Assembly: GCA_963741945.1 (NCBI GenBank)
Contig: CAVUKA010000001.1
Location: forward strand, 192,001-256,000
Direction: 5' to 3'
DNA: 64,000 bases
DNA from: an uncultured Gemmatimonadales bacterium
GTDB taxonomy: Bacteria; Gemmatimonadota; Gemmatimonadetes; Longimicrobiales; RSA9
Part shown: positions 29,318 through 37,430 of the stretch, in pieces
Layout of the letters: each line of letters opens with the position of its first letter
How positions within the stretch are numbered: the first letter of the stretch is position 1
Made by a program: the position numbers and the translations under genes
Notes under the pieces: model-generated
Databases searched by the model: none
What the model saw: only the letters and a program-made list of their open reading frames with translations
Told to the model about the DNA's origin: nothing

Positions 29318-30535
29318 TCAGAATGCCGAAACGAAGCCGCCCACGAACCGGAAGGCCTCGCGGTCCAGGTCGTACTGAATCTCGCTCGTCAGCCGGAGGT
29401 TGCGGGCCAGCAGGTAGTTTCCGCCGAACGCGGCGGACCGGTACCGCTCCAGCAGTCCCTCCTCGCCCTGGCGCACGGTGAAGATGGGCTCGTCGGCGCT
29501 CACGTGGTTGTAGAGGGCGGTGAAGAACACGCGGCCGCCGGGCCCGGCCGGCCCCCAGATGAGCTCGGCCAGGGCCATGTCCACGCGGGTGTCGGTGGGC
29601 CCGATGGCTCCGAAGAATGGCCGGTCGTCGAGGCGACGCAGGTACTGACCGTTCAGCTCCAGCCCCGGCGCCACCTGGAGCGTCGCGTCCGGACCGAACA
29701 CGCGCATCGTGCTGGTGACGCCGTCGGCCTTCTCGCGGCCGTAGTAGGCGAAGGCGCCGAGCCGGAGCGGTCCGAAGCCCTGGGAGAAGCGGGCGCCGAG
29801 GTTCTTGGCGTTGTCGGTGTCGTACACTTTCGCTTCGCTGGCCGCGCCAATGCCCTGACCGTTCACCACCTGGACGAAGAGGTCGCCTCCGTCCCACGGG
29901 GAGTAGGCCGCCATGAGCCCCCGGTCATAGGTCAGGTCGGCCCGCACGTCACCGACGCGGACCCGGTAGGCCTGGTAGTCCTCGAACTCGAGCCGGAGCT
30001 CCCGCTTGAAGAGCGGGTCCGAGACCTGGAACTGCCCCACCATCAGGTTTACGGGCGAGCCGAACAGGTCGCTGAACTGGACGTACGCGTCCTCCAGCCC
30101 GGCCACCTCACCCCGCTCCGACAGGAAGAAATACATGTAGTAGCTGACGGTGGGGGTGATCTGCCCGCCCGAAAGCAGCTTGATCGCCCACGGCGTCAGG
30201 AAGTCCGCGGTCGGGGTCTCGCCGCCCGACCGCACCTGGGCGTACCCGTCGAAGCGCACGGCCAGCGGGAGGTCGTCCATGAGCTGGAGGAGCTCATCCC
30301 CCGTGTCCACGCCATTCACCGGCTCCTCGCCCACGGCGAACTGGAACCCGTTGGCGGCGAAGTTCTGGCCCGTCTCGTTCAGGCGCGGGACGGGCGCGTG
30401 GCAGACGGCGCAGGACACGTTGTATTTCCGGGCGAACGCGGGGATCGCTTCCGCTTCTCTCGGGGACGCGACCACGAGGAGCAGCAGCACGACCGCGCCG
30501 CTGGCGAGTCCGAGGATGGCCTTCCTTAGCATCAT
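29318..30535 (-). CDS. Cyc2-like fused monoheme cytochrome c / outer-membrane beta-barrel
   Basis: Signal peptide, AIPAFARKYNVSCAVCHAPVPRL, amphipathic strands, C-terminal Phe. Confidence 0.8.
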   Translation of the reverse strand: MMLRKAILGLASGAVVLLLLVVASPREAEAIPAFARKYNVSCAVCHAPVPRLNETGQNFAANGFQFAVGEEPVNGVDTGDELLQLMDDLPLAVRFDGYAQVRSGGETPTADFLTPWAIKLLSGGQITPTVSYYMYFFLSERGEVAGLEDAYVQFSDLFGSPVNLMVGQFQVSDPLFKRELRLEFEDYQAYRVRVGDVRADLTYDRGLMAAYSPWDGGDLFVQVVNGQGIGAASEAKVYDTDNAKNLGARFSQGFGPLRLGAFAYYGREKADGVTSTMRVFGPDATLQVAPGLELNGQYLRRLDDRPFFGAIGPTDTRVDMALAELIWGPAGPGGRVFFTALYNHVSADEPIFTVRQGEEGLLERYRSAAFGGNYLLARNLRLTSEIQYDLDREAFRFVGGFVSAF

Positions 30536-30720
30536 GCCTCCAGCCGTAATGGATGTTACCGCTGACGCTAGGCCACGGACGTAGGAAGCACCATCCGACA
30601 GATGTAGGGGTTCGCGCTCGGAGAGCCGTCCGCGGAGGCGAGATCGGCCTTCCGGAACGGCTTTCGGGAGGGGCCGCTTAGGACGAGCCTGGCCACCAGC
30701 TCGTCCCTCCGCGGGCCGCC

Positions 30721-30765
30721 AAAAGAAAGAACCGCTCCCGCGCCGGGAAAGCGGCGCGGGAGCGG
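30721..30765 (-). terminator. Rho-independent terminator
   Basis: 14-bp stem CCGCTCCCGCGCCG/CGGCGCGGGAGCGG followed by TTCTTTCTTTT on the minus strand. Confidence 0.85.
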
Positions 30766-30787
30766 CAGAGGTCCATCGCTGCGGACG

Positions 30788-31275
30788 TCAGGCCATGTCT
30801 TCCTCCCGGCGCCTTCAGCCCACGACGCCCAGCGCCAGCAGTCCGCTGCCGAGGAGCAGCCACGTCGAAGGGTGCAGCCCAGCGGGTCCGTGCACGCGAA
30901 CGCGAAGCTCAGCCCCGATCCCGAGTGGTCCGTGCCGAAAACCAGGTCCAACGTCGACGTCGCCAGCGAGATCTGAGCGTTCACAGCCGCCGCGAACACC
31001 GTTGCATCCAGCCCGTACGTGAATTGGTTCGTCAGCGTCCCGCCCGTCGCGCTCGTAACGGCGGACGCCTGGCCGTACTCGTCGATCCCGGACGAGGCCG
31101 AGTTGAACGCGATCACCGTCACGCCCTTCGCGTTCAGCGCATCGATCGCCTGCGCCTGCGCGGTCGTCGCGGTGTCCGACGGCGCGTCGCCGAACCACAC
31201 AGCCAGCCGCTGCGACCCCGCGCGCCACCCGGCGGTGTTCGCCATCTGCTGCAGCGCGTAGAAGTTCCCCTCCGC
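30788..31275 (-). pseudogene. Remnant of a vWA-like PEP-CTERM protein
   Basis: EGNFYALQQ..GWRAGSQRLAVWFGDAPS, then a frame break, then PSTWLLLGSGLLALGVVG*RRR sorting signal. Confidence 0.75.
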
Positions 31276-31321
31276 GGTTGCTGCTGCTCCAACGGGCCTG
31301 ATCGCGCAGGATCCCGAGGGG

Positions 31322-31480
31322 CCGCCCGTGTGCGGAGTCGAGCCGGAGCGCCCGATGATCCGTAGAGCGAAGCGGGCGCACGTACCGGCAAGCGGAGGCC
31401 GGCTCCCGCCCTTCGCACCTATGCCTGGAGGGCACGGACCGCCAATGCCACCTCACGTGTCGGCGCCCGCCCGTGTGCGG
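31322..31480. repeat. About 1.1 copies of the ~145-bp non-coding repeat
   Basis: CCGCCCGTGTGCGG at 31322 and 31467. The interior aligns with 25579-25815. Confidence 0.8.
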
Positions 31481-31621
31481 AAACCCGCTCCCGCAGACCG
31501 GCCGTTCTGCACGGAATGGCGCGGATAACTCGAGTTCACGCCTCTGTCGCCCGCGCATTGTGCTATGGGGTGTGCGACGCTCTGGCTGTCTCAGGCGATT
31601 CCCAATCTGAACGAGCCACCG

Positions 31622-31960
31622 TCAGAACGATCCCACCACCTCGACGCTGATTCCCGCCCGCTCCTTCCCCGCAGGCTTCTTCCCCACCTGGATCCGGACG
31701 TCCATGTCGAGCGCGTTCAGGAAGCGCTCGAGGCGCTCCATACTGAAGCGGGCAAGCTTCCCCCGCACCAGATCCGAGACATCGGGCTGAGCAACCCCGA
31801 GCAGGTCAGCGGCTTCGGTCTGCTTCAGGCCGCGCGCTTTCAGCTCCTTCCGAATCGCTCTGGCAAGCTCCGCCTTCGCAAGACGCTCTTCGGCGTCCCG
31901 CAACCCCATGTCGGCGAATACGTTCCCGCTGCTCCCGCGTACTGTAGTCTCCTCGTCCAT
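31622..31960 (-). CDS. XRE-family HTH antitoxin
   Basis: SSGNVFADMG, LKQTEAADLLGVAQPDVSDLVRGKLARFSMERL. Confidence 0.92.
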   Translation of the reverse strand: MDEETTVRGSSGNVFADMGLRDAEERLAKAELARAIRKELKARGLKQTEAADLLGVAQPDVSDLVRGKLARFSMERLERFLNALDMDVRIQVGKKPAGKERAGISVEVVGSF

Positions 31961-31961
31961 C

Positions 31962-32330
31962 TCAACCTCCGAACCGTCGCTTATGGTCTTCGGCGGCGGC
32001 CTCAAACCTGGCCCGCACCCGGTCCTTCACGTGCTTCGGCGTGGAACGCCCGGATTTCGACTTCTTCTGGAATACGTCCAGCACATAAACGGCATCCTCG
32101 AACGCCACCGTGTACGCGGCCCTGTAGGTGTCCCCGTCATGATCCTCAACCAGCTTCATCACAGCGTTCGGCAGCCCTTCGCCGAACGGCCGCGCACCCT
32201 CCGGCGTGTCGCCGTACTGGGCATCCAGCAATGCCGAGCCGAAAACGTCCTTCACGTCTTCAGGCATTCCGCGGATATCCTTCTGGCTCGAACCGATCCA
32301 GATGAGCTGCTTCCTACTCGAGACCGTCAT
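31962..32330 (-). CDS. Type II toxin, RelE/ParE superfamily (Gp49-like)
   Basis: WIGSSQKDI, DTYRAAYTV, YVLDVFQKKSKSG, toxin-first order. Confidence 0.92.
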   Translation of the reverse strand: MTVSSRKQLIWIGSSQKDIRGMPEDVKDVFGSALLDAQYGDTPEGARPFGEGLPNAVMKLVEDHDGDTYRAAYTVAFEDAVYVLDVFQKKSKSGRSTPKHVKDRVRARFEAAAEDHKRRFGG

Positions 32331-32340
32331 CGCTCAATAC

Positions 32341-32356
32341 ATAGCACCATTGCTAT
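32341..32356. promoter_or_regulatory. Palindromic operator upstream of the TA operon
   Basis: ATAGCA-ccat-TGCTAT, 10 nt from the toxin ATG. Confidence 0.6.
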
Positions 32357-32463
32357 ACCCCTGCAACGGTATTGAGGGTCCGTAGCATGGCCGATGACGA
32401 GCTGGGCTGAATACCACCGGGCCGCTCAGGGGTGTCGCGGCGAAGTATTCGCCTTCCGTCCGC

Positions 32464-32832
32464 CTATCCGTCTTCTCCACGATCTCGAAGTAGCGCGCGC
32501 AGAGGCAGACCGCCCGGGTGGTCCGGATACCGCCCGATCACGGCGCGGATCTCATGACGCGTGGTGAGGTCGCGGCTGAGCGCCGTGGCGACCGCCTCTC
32601 TCAGCTCCCCTTTGCTGATCGAGGTTGCAATGTCCAGAAGCGTTCGAGCCGGTGTGGTAATGGGAATTCCCTCGAACGTCGTGATGTCTTGCGGGAGGAT
32701 CTGGTCGTCGTGAATGCGAACCCTCAACGGCACCCGCTCGTCATCGCTGTCGTGAACCGGACCATGGAAGCCTCCGCACGTCAGGAGTGGATCGACAGCG
32801 ACACGATATGGTTCCGCATGCGGCCGGTCCAT
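32464..32832 (-). CDS. AbiEi-like (type IV antitoxin-related) C-terminal domain protein, possibly truncated
   Basis: GIPITTPARTLLDIA motif; start uncertain. Confidence 0.6.
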   Translation of the reverse strand: MDRPHAEPYRVAVDPLLTCGGFHGPVHDSDDERVPLRVRIHDDQILPQDITTFEGIPITTPARTLLDIATSISKGELREAVATALSRDLTTRHEIRAVIGRYPDHPGGLPLRALLRDRGEDG

Positions 32833-32899
32833 GGCCCAATGGGACGAGACGGCGCCCGGCCGGAACCTGAGAAGCGCGCCGTGATCGAATACCACCGCC

Positions 32900-33142
32900 G
32901 TGCCGTTTCGGGACCGCCTGGTCGGATTCAAACACTGGAAGCACACCGCGTACGGCGAGCAGGCCATCGACATGATCGCGGCTTTCGGGGACGACCTCGA
33001 CACGTCGTGGCTCGGACCTGAGCTGGAACGAGAGGATTCAATGGACGCCCTCGAGGCGCTCAGACAGCTCGCCTCCTCACAGGAGCGGGTTACCGATCAG
33101 GTCCTCAGGGATCTCATCGATGACCTGAACCGTCGCGCCTGA
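32900..33142 (+). pseudogene. C-terminal fragment of a hypothetical, possibly nucleotidyltransferase-associated, protein
   Basis: DRLVGFKHWK..EQAIDMI. In-frame TGA at 32882, no RBS, paralogue at 28625. Confidence 0.55.
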
Positions 33143-33207
33143 ACCGCCGGTCTCGTTTCGGGTACGATCTCGTACCTATCGTCAGGAGGGTATCGCGCCA
33201 GGAGGTC

Positions 33208-33411
33208 ATGATGGGCGAAATGAACAAGCCAGATCTCAGCGAGAAGTGGCAGATCCGCCTCGAACGGATCCGCCGCTCGCAGGCGCGTACGGATACGCGC
33301 GGGATGACGCGCCCGCCTCGCGACCCGGAGGAACGCGAGTTCCTGAAGCGGGTGGGGCAGGAAGGGCCGTTTGTCGAAGCAGGCAAAGGGCGAGCGAAGA
33401 AGGGCCGATAG
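33208..33411 (+). CDS. Small basic hypothetical protein
   Basis: AGGAGG RBS, 67 aa, terminator follows. Confidence 0.55.
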   Translation: MMGEMNKPDLSEKWQIRLERIRRSQARTDTRGMTRPPRDPEEREFLKRVGQEGPFVEAGKGRAKKGR

Positions 33412-33426
33412 CCACACACGAAATAA

Positions 33427-33461
33427 CGGCGGAGTGAGCATTTTTCCGTCTCACTCCGCCG
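33427..33461. terminator. Bidirectional terminator between the small ORF and the ssrA 3' end
   Basis: CGGCGGAGTGAG/CTCACTCCGCCG 12-bp stem with A/T-rich flanks. Confidence 0.8.
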
Positions 33462-33496
33462 CTTTCTGTATCCTGCCCTTGCCCTACTTCCTCAAA

Positions 33497-33860
33497 TGGA
33501 GCCGGCGGGAGTCGAACCCGCGTCCGCGAATAGATCCCTCAGCGCTTCTACGTGCGTAGTCCGCCTTCTTGTTTTCTCACTCGATCATCGGCACGACGGA
33601 CGGCCGTTCACGAGCCAGCCACTCTGCTTTCTCGCTCCCGGCGCGGTGGCCTCGCCGGATAGCCAGCCCGATTCAATCGTCGCCTGAAAGCTGGACCTCG
33701 GGCCGGGTCCCTGCTCCAGACGGGCACGCAAGGGTTACTTACGCAGCCAGCGCCAGGTTATCGTTGGCACTTGTGGTGTTTTTCCGCTGTTTTACGAGGT
33801 GACGGAAACCTCGGCACGCAACGCCGACTTCACTAAACACGTCGAATCCGTGTCGGCCCC
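33497..33860 (-). ncRNA. ssrA: tmRNA
   Basis: 5' GGGGCCGACACGGATTCGAC, 3' GGGTTCGACTCCCGCCGGCTCCA with G3:U pair, tag ANDNLALAA* at 33768-33739. CCA is not encoded. Confidence 0.97.
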
Positions 33861-33895
33861 GGACCCCGAAAGTATAGCGAAAGGTGCCCCGGGAC

Positions 33896-34729
33896 TCAAC
33901 CCCCACGGGGCGGCCGAATCTCCCGCAGCAGGTTGATCCGGCTGGCCGCGCACGCTGCGCCGAAGCCGTTGTCGATGTTGACCACCGTGATCCCGGCGGC
34001 GCAGCTGTTGAGCATTCCGAGGAGAGGCGCGAGCCCGCCGAAGGATGCGCCGTATCCCACGCTGGTGGGCACCGCGATGACGGGGGATGCGACGAGGCCA
34101 CCCACCACGGACGGCAGGGCCCCTTCCATTCCGGCCACGACGATCACGACCGCGGCCTGGCGGAGGACGTCGAGCTGGGAGAGGACGCGGTGGATGCCGG
34201 CCACGCCGACATCGTAGAGGCGGTCCACGGGATTCCCCAGGGCCCCGGCCGTGACGACGGCTTCTTCGGCCACGGGGATGTCGCCCGTTCCGCCGGTCAC
34301 CACGAGGATGGTGCCTCGCACGCGATGGCCGGCGGCAGTGGCGGAGTCGGCCGAGATCACGGCCGCGGGGACGTGGAAGATCCGTCCGAGCGTGTTGGCG
34401 CTGCCCTGGGGGAACTCGCGGCCCAGCGCTTCCAGGGCGGGCTCCTCGAGCCGGGTCACCAGCAGGCCGTCGCCGCGGTCCACGAGCCGGCGCGCGATCT
34501 CCAGGAGCTGGGGCAACGTCTTTCCCGGCCCGAAGACCACCTCCGGCTGCCCCTGTCGAAGCGCCCGGTTGTGGTCGAGGCGGGCAAACGGCTGTCCGGC
34601 GGGACCGCCCTCCGGAGCGCCGCCGTCCACCTCTTCAATGGGCAGCAGCGACAGCCGCTCCAGCGCCACCGCTGGCGTTTCCTCACCCGATGCGACCCGG
34701 GCGAGCAGCTCGAGGACGCGGTCCCTCAT
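33896..34729 (-). CDS. larB: Nickel pincer cofactor biosynthesis protein LarB
   Basis: GQPEVVFGPGKT, GTGDIPVAEEA, DVGVAGIHR, AGMEGALPSVV, VVNIDNGFGAA. Confidence 0.93.
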   Translation of the reverse strand: MRDRVLELLARVASGEETPAVALERLSLLPIEEVDGGAPEGGPAGQPFARLDHNRALRQGQPEVVFGPGKTLPQLLEIARRLVDRGDGLLVTRLEEPALEALGREFPQGSANTLGRIFHVPAAVISADSATAAGHRVRGTILVVTGGTGDIPVAEEAVVTAGALGNPVDRLYDVGVAGIHRVLSQLDVLRQAAVVIVVAGMEGALPSVVGGLVASPVIAVPTSVGYGASFGGLAPLLGMLNSCAAGITVVNIDNGFGAACAASRINLLREIRPPRGG

Positions 34730-35778
34730 CCCGGCACCGCAACACGGGCGGCTGCGCCCGTCCAGGCGCCGGCGTCCGTGTCGCGGCCGCCCCCCGCCTG
34801 GAATGCGGCGTCCGCGTACGCCGCCAGCCGCTCCTCGACTTGCCGCAGGGATCGCACCTGGAACAGCTCCTGTCGCAGCGCCCGTCCATCCGGCAGCCCC
34901 CTGGTGTACCAGCCGAGGTGCTTGCGGAACTCGATCATGGCGCGGGCTTCGTCGCCCCCGAAGGCGATGGCATTGCGCGCGTGCTCGAGCACGGTGGCGA
35001 AGCGCTCGGCCACCGGCGGCTCGGGCGGGATCGGCTCGCCGTCCAGCGCGGCACGACACTCCCGGAAGATCCAGGGGCGGCCATGCGACGCGCGGGCGAT
35101 CATGATGCCCGCGCACCCCGTCTCGTCGCGCATCCGGACCGCGTCCTCTCCCCTGCGAACGTCCCCGTTCCCGATCACCGGCACCTCCACCGCCTCTACC
35201 ACCGCGGCGATTTCGCTCCAGTCCGCCTCGCCGCCGTACATCTGCGTCCGTGTGCGGGCGTGCAGCGTGATGACGCGAGCGCCCGCGTCCTCGCAGCGGC
35301 GGGCGATTCCCACCGGATCCCGCGTCTCCTCGCTCCACCCGCTCCGGATCTTCACGGTGGTGGGAGCGCTCGTCGCGTTGGCCACGGCGCGGATGATGGA
35401 CTCCACCAGATCCAGGTCGCGGAGACAAGCTGACCCGCCGTTTCGCTTGACCACCTTCTTGGCGGGGCAGCCGAAGTTGATGTCCACGAAGTCCGGGGCG
35501 TACGTCTCCTCGACCAGCGCGGCCGCTTCGGCCATGGCGCCGGGGTCCGCCCCGAAGATCTGCACACCGATGGGGCGCTCGGCTTCGTGGAAGCGGAGGT
35601 ATTCGTGCGTGCGCTCGCTCCCCCGGCGCAGTGCTTCGGCACTGACGAACTCGCTCACGAGCACGTCCGCGCCGAAGCGGCGGCAGAGACGCCGGAAGGG
35701 CGATTCACTGACGCCCGCCTGCGGAGCCAGGTACAGCGGGGTCGTCGTTCGGAAGATGGCGTCAATGGGGTCTTGCAT
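34726..35778 (-). CDS. dusB: tRNA-dihydrouridine synthase B
   Basis: LAPQAG, DINFGCP, TVKIRSGW, HART, IGNGD. Confidence 0.93.
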   Translation of the reverse strand: MQDPIDAIFRTTTPLYLAPQAGVSESPFRRLCRRFGADVLVSEFVSAEALRRGSERTHEYLRFHEAERPIGVQIFGADPGAMAEAAALVEETYAPDFVDINFGCPAKKVVKRNGGSACLRDLDLVESIIRAVANATSAPTTVKIRSGWSEETRDPVGIARRCEDAGARVITLHARTRTQMYGGEADWSEIAAVVEAVEVPVIGNGDVRRGEDAVRMRDETGCAGIMIARASHGRPWIFRECRAALDGEPIPPEPPVAERFATVLEHARNAIAFGGDEARAMIEFRKHLGWYTRGLPDGRALRQELFQVRSLRQVEERLAAYADAAFQAGGGRDTDAGAWTGAAARVAVPG

Positions 35779-35893
35779 GGCCGGGAATCTAACGCCGTTG
35801 GAAGAGTGGCTCAATCGCCGTAAGTGGCCGTTTTGACACCCTTTGTGCGCGTCCTTATCTTTCCGCGCTCCACATGCGGGACAGGAGGAATAG

Positions 35894-36346
35894 ATGATAC
35901 TGCGCGAGTTTTTCGATAAAGAAGTGGTCGACCTCGAGTTGAAGGGGGAGACCAAGGACGAGATCCTGAAGGAGCTCATTGCGCTTCTCAACCTGGATGA
36001 GAAGAGCGAGGGGATCCTGTTCAAGATGCTGAAGCGACGGGAGAACCTCGGCTCCACGGGGATCGGCCACGGCATCGCCATTCCCCACTGCCGGTCGCTG
36101 GTGGTCAACCGCTTGCGGATCGCATTCGGGCGGAAGCCCGACGGTGTGGACTACAAGGCGATCGACGACAAGCCCGTGTACAATTTCTTTCTCATCGTCG
36201 CGCCACCGCTCGAAGTCAGCAACCAGTACCTGCCGGTGCTGGGCAAGATCGCCCAGTTCGCCAAGGAAGCGGATGTGCCCGAGCGGCTTGGCGAGCTGAA
36301 GAGCGAGGACGACTTCCTGGCGTTGCTGCAAGAGAAGGCCATCTAG
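35894..36346 (+). CDS. PTS EIIA (Ntr/fructose type)
   Basis: RENLGSTGIGHGIAIPH. Confidence 0.92.
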   Translation: MILREFFDKEVVDLELKGETKDEILKELIALLNLDEKSEGILFKMLKRRENLGSTGIGHGIAIPHCRSLVVNRLRIAFGRKPDGVDYKAIDDKPVYNFFLIVAPPLEVSNQYLPVLGKIAQFAKEADVPERLGELKSEDDFLALLQEKAI

Positions 36347-36354
36347 GAGAAGCG

Positions 36355-36714
36355 ATGCATCCCCAGCTGGAGATCCTGCTCCAGATCCAGGACCTGAAGG
36401 CGCAGCAGCGCGAGCTCGCTGCGGGCGCGAGCGAGCGCCAGGTCCAGGAGGAGGAATTCAATCTCGACCCCGAGATCGCCATCGAATCACTGGGCGAGAA
36501 AGTGGCCGAGCTCGAAGCCGAGCTCGAACCGACGGTGCGCAAGCGCTACGATCGGCTCGCGACCGCAATCAGTCGCACGGTTGTCCCGGCCATAAACGGC
36601 ACGTGCTACGGCTGCTTCGTTTCGGTGGCCACGGCAGTGGCTTCGGATCCGGCCGAGCGCGAGCGACTCCGCACGTGCGACCACTGCGGGCGCTTCCTCT
36701 ACTTCGTCACCTGA
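36355..36714 (+). CDS. C4-type zinc-ribbon protein
   Basis: Coiled coil plus CYGC...CDHCGRFLY. Confidence 0.85.
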   Translation: MHPQLEILLQIQDLKAQQRELAAGASERQVQEEEFNLDPEIAIESLGEKVAELEAELEPTVRKRYDRLATAISRTVVPAINGTCYGCFVSVATAVASDPAERERLRTCDHCGRFLYFVT

Positions 36715-36803
36715 ACCGTCCGCCCCGGCGCCAGCGGCCGCCCTCGCGACCGTGAGCGGGACACGCCGCGCGCCGTGAGCGCACTGTCCCGTGCGGAGCA
36801 TGA

Positions 36804-36838
36804 AGAGGCGCCCACCCCCACGCGGTGCGGGCGCCTCT
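36804..36838. terminator. Hairpin between convergent genes
   Basis: AGAGGCGCCC/GGGCGCCTCT. Confidence 0.6.
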
Positions 36839-36865
36839 GCTCTGGGCCGAACGCGCCGACCAGGG

Positions 36866-37318
36866 CTACTTCGCCACGATCATCTTCATGATCTGTCGCC
36901 GCCCGTTCACGATCAGCTGGACGTAATAGATCCCGGACGCGACCTGCCGACCATCAAGGTCGTGGCCGTCCCAGAACGCTTCCTTCTCCCCTGGTGTGTC
37001 GTAGCTCAGCCTTCTCACCTGGACTCCGTTCCCGTCCGGGTGGTCCAGGGCGGTCGGATACGCAACGAGCTGCTGGAGCACGTTGTAAACCGCCATGGTG
37101 ACCACCACCGGGTGACCCTCATCGAAGAGCCTCGGATCCAGCCGGAACGGGATCCGGGTCGTCGGATTGAACGGGTTCGGATAATTCTGCTGTAGCTCGA
37201 ACCCGGAGTCCTCGGTGCGGGCTGGCGCGTTGTCCCTGGGGTCCTGCGCCGTCAGTGCAACAGGCTTGAAGGCGAGGACCGACAGGAAGAGAACGCCGAC
37301 AAAGATGCGGCGTTTCAT
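36866..37318 (-). CDS. Secreted stand-alone FlgD-Ig/T9SS-CTD-like domain protein
   Basis: Signal peptide, FELQQNYPNPFNPTT, WDGHD..VASGIYY. Confidence 0.85.
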   Translation of the reverse strand: MKRRIFVGVLFLSVLAFKPVALTAQDPRDNAPARTEDSGFELQQNYPNPFNPTTRIPFRLDPRLFDEGHPVVVTMAVYNVLQQLVAYPTALDHPDGNGVQVRRLSYDTPGEKEAFWDGHDLDGRQVASGIYYVQLIVNGRRQIMKMIVAK

Positions 37319-37430
37319 GGTCCCCTCCGCACGATCCGACTGTGCAGTAGCAGAGTGTTCGATACCCCTCCATAACGACAGGCGATGCCGCAGGTTCGTC
37401 CCACATAGTAGGCGCCACCAGGCGGCCCGG

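Noticed and set aside
30540-30630. Faint Moco-riboswitch resemblance (CTCCGAGC...GGTGCTT) on the minus strand
   Set aside because: The expected 3' half is absent. It cannot be supported without a covariance-model search.
30815-30817. In-frame TGA as selenocysteine, given selB
   Set aside because: It falls in the basic tail of a broken PEP-CTERM signal, not at a Cys-equivalent site.
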